NCBI RefSeq assembly: GCF_001457595.1
Contig: NZ_LN831039.1
Span: 3,090,001 to 3,122,000, forward strand
DNA: 32,000 nucleotides
From: Mycolicibacterium smegmatis
GTDB lineage: Bacteria > Actinomycetota > Actinomycetes > Mycobacteriales > Mycobacteriaceae
Direction of reading: 5' to 3'
The position numbers and the translations under genes were made by a program. The number at the start of each line of letters is the position of its first letter. Position 1 is the stretch's first letter. Below are positions 29,068 to 32,000 of the stretch, piece after piece. The notes beneath the pieces are model-generated. The model was given only the letters and a program-made list of their open reading frames with translations. It did not search any database and was not told where the DNA came from.

Positions 29068-30102
29068 ATGTTCGATGGTGGTGTGCGTTGGGATGAGCAG
29101 GCCGTGCGGGTCGATGACGGGGCGTTGCCCGGTCTGGCCCGTGTCGGCTTCGTCCGCAGCGTGCGGGCCCCGGAATTCGAGGGGATCACGTTCCACGAGG
29201 TGCTGTGCAAGTCGGCACTGAACAAGGTGCCCGCTGCGTCGGCGCTGCCGTTCCGGTTCACGGTCAACGGCTACCGCGGGTGCACGCATGCCTGCCGGTA
29301 CTGCTTCGCCCGGCCGACGCACGAATATCTCGACTTCGATCCGGGCGTGGATTTCGACCGCCAGATCGTCGTCAAGACCAACGTCGTGGAGGTCCTGCGC
29401 CGCGAGTTGCGGCGTCCCTCGTGGACGCACGAGACCGTCGCGCTCGGCACCAACACCGACCCGTACCAGCGCGCCGAGGGCCGCTATGCCCTCATGCCCG
29501 GAATCATCGGGGCACTGGCGGATTCGTACACGCCGTTCTCGGTCCTGACCAAGGGCACGCTGCTGCGGCGAGACCTGGGACTGATCGCTGAGGCGGCCCG
29601 TCGCGTCGAGGTCAGCGTCGCGGTGTCGCTGGCGATCGGCGACGCAGACCTGCACCGCGACATCGAGCCCGGTACGCCGTCACCGCAGGCCCGGTTGGCG
29701 CTGATCTCCGCGATCCGCGACGCCGGCCTGTCGTGCCACGTGATGGTGGCGCCGGTGCTCCCGTACCTGACCGATTCGGCCGAGCACCTCGACGATCTCC
29801 TGGGCCGCATCGCGGAAGCGGGCGCCACGAGTGTCACGGCGTTCGGGCTGCATCTGCGGGGGAGCACCCGCGGATGGTTCATGTCGTGGCTGGCGTCGTC
29901 GCATCCGGAGCTGGTCTGGAAGTACCGCCAGCTCTACCGCAAAGGCGCGTATCTACCTGCCGAGTACCGGCACATGTTGCACGACCGCGTGCAGCCGCTG
30001 ATCGTCAAGCACGGGCTGGCCGGTCAGCCGCGGATGCCCGCGCCGGAGACGCCGACGCCGCAGGTCGCACGGCCCGAGCCGGTGCAGGCCGCGCTGTTCT
30101 GA
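29068..30102 (+). CDS. Radical SAM protein, Rv2578c-like/SplB-related
   Basis: MFDGGVRWDEQAVRVDDGALPGLARVGFVRSV...GYRGCTHACRYCFARPTHEYLDFDPG with CxxxCxxC cluster motif; no intein. Confidence 0.9.
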   Translation: MFDGGVRWDEQAVRVDDGALPGLARVGFVRSVRAPEFEGITFHEVLCKSALNKVPAASALPFRFTVNGYRGCTHACRYCFARPTHEYLDFDPGVDFDRQIVVKTNVVEVLRRELRRPSWTHETVALGTNTDPYQRAEGRYALMPGIIGALADSYTPFSVLTKGTLLRRDLGLIAEAARRVEVSVAVSLAIGDADLHRDIEPGTPSPQARLALISAIRDAGLSCHVMVAPVLPYLTDSAEHLDDLLGRIAEAGATSVTAFGLHLRGSTRGWFMSWLASSHPELVWKYRQLYRKGAYLPAEYRHMLHDRVQPLIVKHGLAGQPRMPAPETPTPQVARPEPVQAALF

Positions 30103-30142
30103 CGGACCGGCAGTGGCCAACCTCACCCTCGGCCGCCTGCCA

Positions 30143-30164
30143 ATAGTTATGTTTTTATAACTAT
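30143..30164. promoter_or_regulatory. AT-rich 8-bp inverted repeat ATAGTTAT-gttttt-ATAACTAT upstream of MFS efflux gene
   Basis: Perfect arms 30143-30150 / 30157-30164 in an otherwise GC-rich context, 40 bp upstream of the ATG at 30204. Confidence 0.55.
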
Positions 30165-30203
30165 AATCTGATCGGTAATGCGCTGATCAGAAGTCGAGGG
30201 TTG

Positions 30204-31487
30204 ATGAGGATACGAACTGCCGCGCCGGGGACCACCACGCCGACACTGGCGTTGATCATTCTGCTGGCTCTGCTCAACGCCGTGACTCCCTTCTCGGTCG
30301 ACATGTACATGTCGGCCTTCCCGGCAATGGCCGTCGAGTTCGGCACCTCGGCGTCGGTCGTGCAACTCACCCTGACCACGTTCCTCATCGGACTGGCCAC
30401 CGGCCAGCTGTTCATCGGCCAGTTGTCCGACCGGCTCGGGCGCCGCGGCCCGTTGCTCGTGGGCATCGTCGCGTGCCTGGTGGCGAGCCTGCTGTGCGCG
30501 GTGAGCCCCTCCATCGAGGTTCTGATCATGCTGCGATTCGTGCAGGGCTTCGCGGGAGCCGCAGGCATCGTGATCGCGCGGGCGATCATCTCCGATCGCT
30601 CCAAGGGGTCCCAGGCCGCGAAACTGTACTCGGTGATGATGGTGATCGGAGTCCTGGCGCCGATCCTGGCACCGGTCCTGGGCGGTCAGGTGGTCGCCGG
30701 TTTCGGTTGGCGCGCGGTGTTTCTCGCGCTCGCCGGGTTGAACCTGGTGATGTTGCTGGGCGCGCTCTTCATGGCGGGCGAATCGCTGCCGCCCGAGGCG
30801 CGCCGGCCTGCCGGGTTGAAAGCCTTTGCCGGCAGCGCGGCCTCGGTTCTGACCAACCGCCGCTTCATGGGCTACACACTGACGCTGTCGTGTTCGGGCG
30901 CGGCCATGTTCTCCTACATCTCGGCCTCGCCGTTCGTGCTGCAGAACATCATCGGTCTGTCGCCGCGCGCGTTCTCGTTCACCTTCGGCGGATGCGCACT
31001 GGCCGTGGCGGTCTCGGGCGTGATCTCGGCCCGGTTGGTGGGCCGGTTCGGGCCGCGCAAGCTGCTGCTCGGCGGGGTGTCGGCCATGGTGGTCGTCGCG
31101 GCGTTGATGCTGCTGAACGTCACCGTCGGCGGCGTCGTCCCTGCGGTGACCGTGGCGCTGATGGCGTGCTTCATGGGCACCGTCGGGTTCACCTTCGCCA
31201 ACGCCACCACGCTGGCCATCGGCGAGGTGCGCCACGCGGCCGGAACCGGTTCTGCTGTCATCGGATTCCTGCAGTACGGCCTGGGTGCGGTCGCCTCGCC
31301 GCTGGTGGGCCTGGCCGGCGAGCACAGCGCGGTGCCGATGGGCGTGGCGATGTTCACGTGCGCCGCACTGGCGGCGACGGCGCTGCTGGTGCTCACGCGC
31401 GGGCACATCCCGAGCTACGACGACGAACTCGCCGACCTCGACGCAGACCTCACGGCGGTGTCAGCAGGGGAGTCCACGGCTCGGTGA
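30204..31487 (+). CDS. MFS multidrug transporter, Bcr/CflA family
   Basis: ALLNAVTPFSVDMYMSAFPAMAVEFGTSASVVQLTLTTFLIGLATGQLFIGQLSDRLGRRGPLLVG is diagnostic of Bcr/CflA drug exporters. Confidence 0.9.
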   Translation: MRIRTAAPGTTTPTLALIILLALLNAVTPFSVDMYMSAFPAMAVEFGTSASVVQLTLTTFLIGLATGQLFIGQLSDRLGRRGPLLVGIVACLVASLLCAVSPSIEVLIMLRFVQGFAGAAGIVIARAIISDRSKGSQAAKLYSVMMVIGVLAPILAPVLGGQVVAGFGWRAVFLALAGLNLVMLLGALFMAGESLPPEARRPAGLKAFAGSAASVLTNRRFMGYTLTLSCSGAAMFSYISASPFVLQNIIGLSPRAFSFTFGGCALAVAVSGVISARLVGRFGPRKLLLGGVSAMVVVAALMLLNVTVGGVVPAVTVALMACFMGTVGFTFANATTLAIGEVRHAAGTGSAVIGFLQYGLGAVASPLVGLAGEHSAVPMGVAMFTCAALAATALLVLTRGHIPSYDDELADLDADLTAVSAGESTAR

Positions 31488-31498
31488 GCGTGCGCGGA

Positions 31499-31518
31499 AT
31501 TTCTCTTGCGGGAGAAAT
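31499..31518. terminator. Short hairpin ATTTCTC-ttgcgg-GAGAAAT between convergent genes
   Basis: 7-bp perfect stem directly after the MFS stop; its last base is the first base of the convergent gene's stop codon. Confidence 0.4.
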
Positions 31519-32000
31519 CAACCCTTGTTGCGCTTGACTTCCCGGAACGGCACGCCGCGGTCGGCGGCGTGCTCGCGCGGGAAGCCGAGTACACGCTCGC
31601 CGATGACGTTGCGTGCCATCTCCGAACTGCCGCCGCCCAGCGAGCCGGTCTGCCGCGACAGGTACCGCACGCCGATGTCGAGCATGCCGTCGAAGTCCCC
31701 GCCCTCGTCGACCACACCGGCGGTGCCCGCGATGGCCAGCGCGGTGTCCACCTCCAACTCGGTGGTCTCGGCGTGGAACAACCGGATCAGTGTGCCCGCC
31801 GTCGGCGGCAGGGCGCCCGCCGCGATCGCCTGCGTGACATGGTCGATCAACTGCGTCTTGACCGCCCGCCGCACCAGGGCGCGGCCGGCGAGGTCCTGGA
31901 CGAACGGATCGTCGGCGCGGCCGAGTGCCTCGGCGAGGCCGACGTGGTCGGGCGGCATCTCGTTGGCGTTCTCCGCTCCGGTGCCGCTGGCGAACTCGGA
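31518..32000 (-). CDS. Acyl-CoA dehydrogenase, C-terminal part; 5' end outside window
   Basis: Open from 32000 (SEFASGTGAENANEMPPDHVGLAEALGRADDP...) through ...ALAIAGTAGVVDEGGDFDGMLDIGVRYLSRQTGSLGGGSSEMARNVIGERVLGFPRE, the typical ACAD C-terminus 'GGSSEMxRNVIGERVLGLPRE'. Confidence 0.88.
   Translation of the reverse strand, partial: SEFASGTGAENANEMPPDHVGLAEALGRADDPFVQDLAGRALVRRAVKTQLIDHVTQAIAAGALPPTAGTLIRLFHAETTELEVDTALAIAGTAGVVDEGGDFDGMLDIGVRYLSRQTGSLGGGSSEMARNVIGERVLGFPREHAADRGVPFREVKRNKG

Noticed and set aside
1-32000. Prophage, toxin-antitoxin, restriction-modification, retron or other defence module
   Set aside because: No integrase, transposase, reverse transcriptase, nuclease, methyltransferase or TA-like gene pair was recognisable. 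All sizeable gaps are accounted for by metabolic or housekeeping genes.
1-32000. tRNA or rRNA genes
   Set aside because: I found no cloverleaf-compatible sequence with GGTTCRA-type T-arm plus a matching acceptor stem, and no rRNA-like stretch. A tRNAscan-SE run would settle this.

Overview
High-GC actinobacterial chromosome. Gene content and order (DppA-like lipoprotein / apt / relA ... ppiase / MBL hydrolase / hisS ... Rv2578c-type radical SAM) match the conserved mycobacterial apt-relA-ppiB-hisS neighbourhood, most likely a fast-growing Mycolicibacterium of the M. smegmatis type. Two metabolic blocks interrupt this backbone. Block A (about 3.9-11.8 kb, between relA and the cyclophilins) holds an MFS permease, a flavin-reductase-domain protein, a DUF1989 (urea-carboxylase-associated) protein, an Old Yellow Enzyme homologue, a PuuE-like polysaccharide deacetylase-fold protein, a PucR regulator and an NCS1 permease. 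Block B (about 16.3-29.0 kb, between hisS and the radical SAM gene) holds an urtABCDE-type urea/amide ABC transporter, a small secreted protein, and a LacI-linked run of nitrilase, orphan membrane protein, amidase, class I fumarase-family hydratase and alpha/beta hydrolase. Other points of note: a duplicated cyclophilin gene with one in-frame TAA; a 417-bp intergenic structure with 40-bp inverted ends (36/40) and 97-bp internal direct repeats (94/97); perfect hairpins between convergent genes; and several operator-like palindromes, including a 15-bp motif shared (13/15) by two promoters of block A. I saw no CRISPR array, prophage, transposase, rRNA or tRNA. Nothing here is demonstrably a new defence-type system; the best novelty candidates are the two uncharacterised catabolic clusters and the repeat structure.
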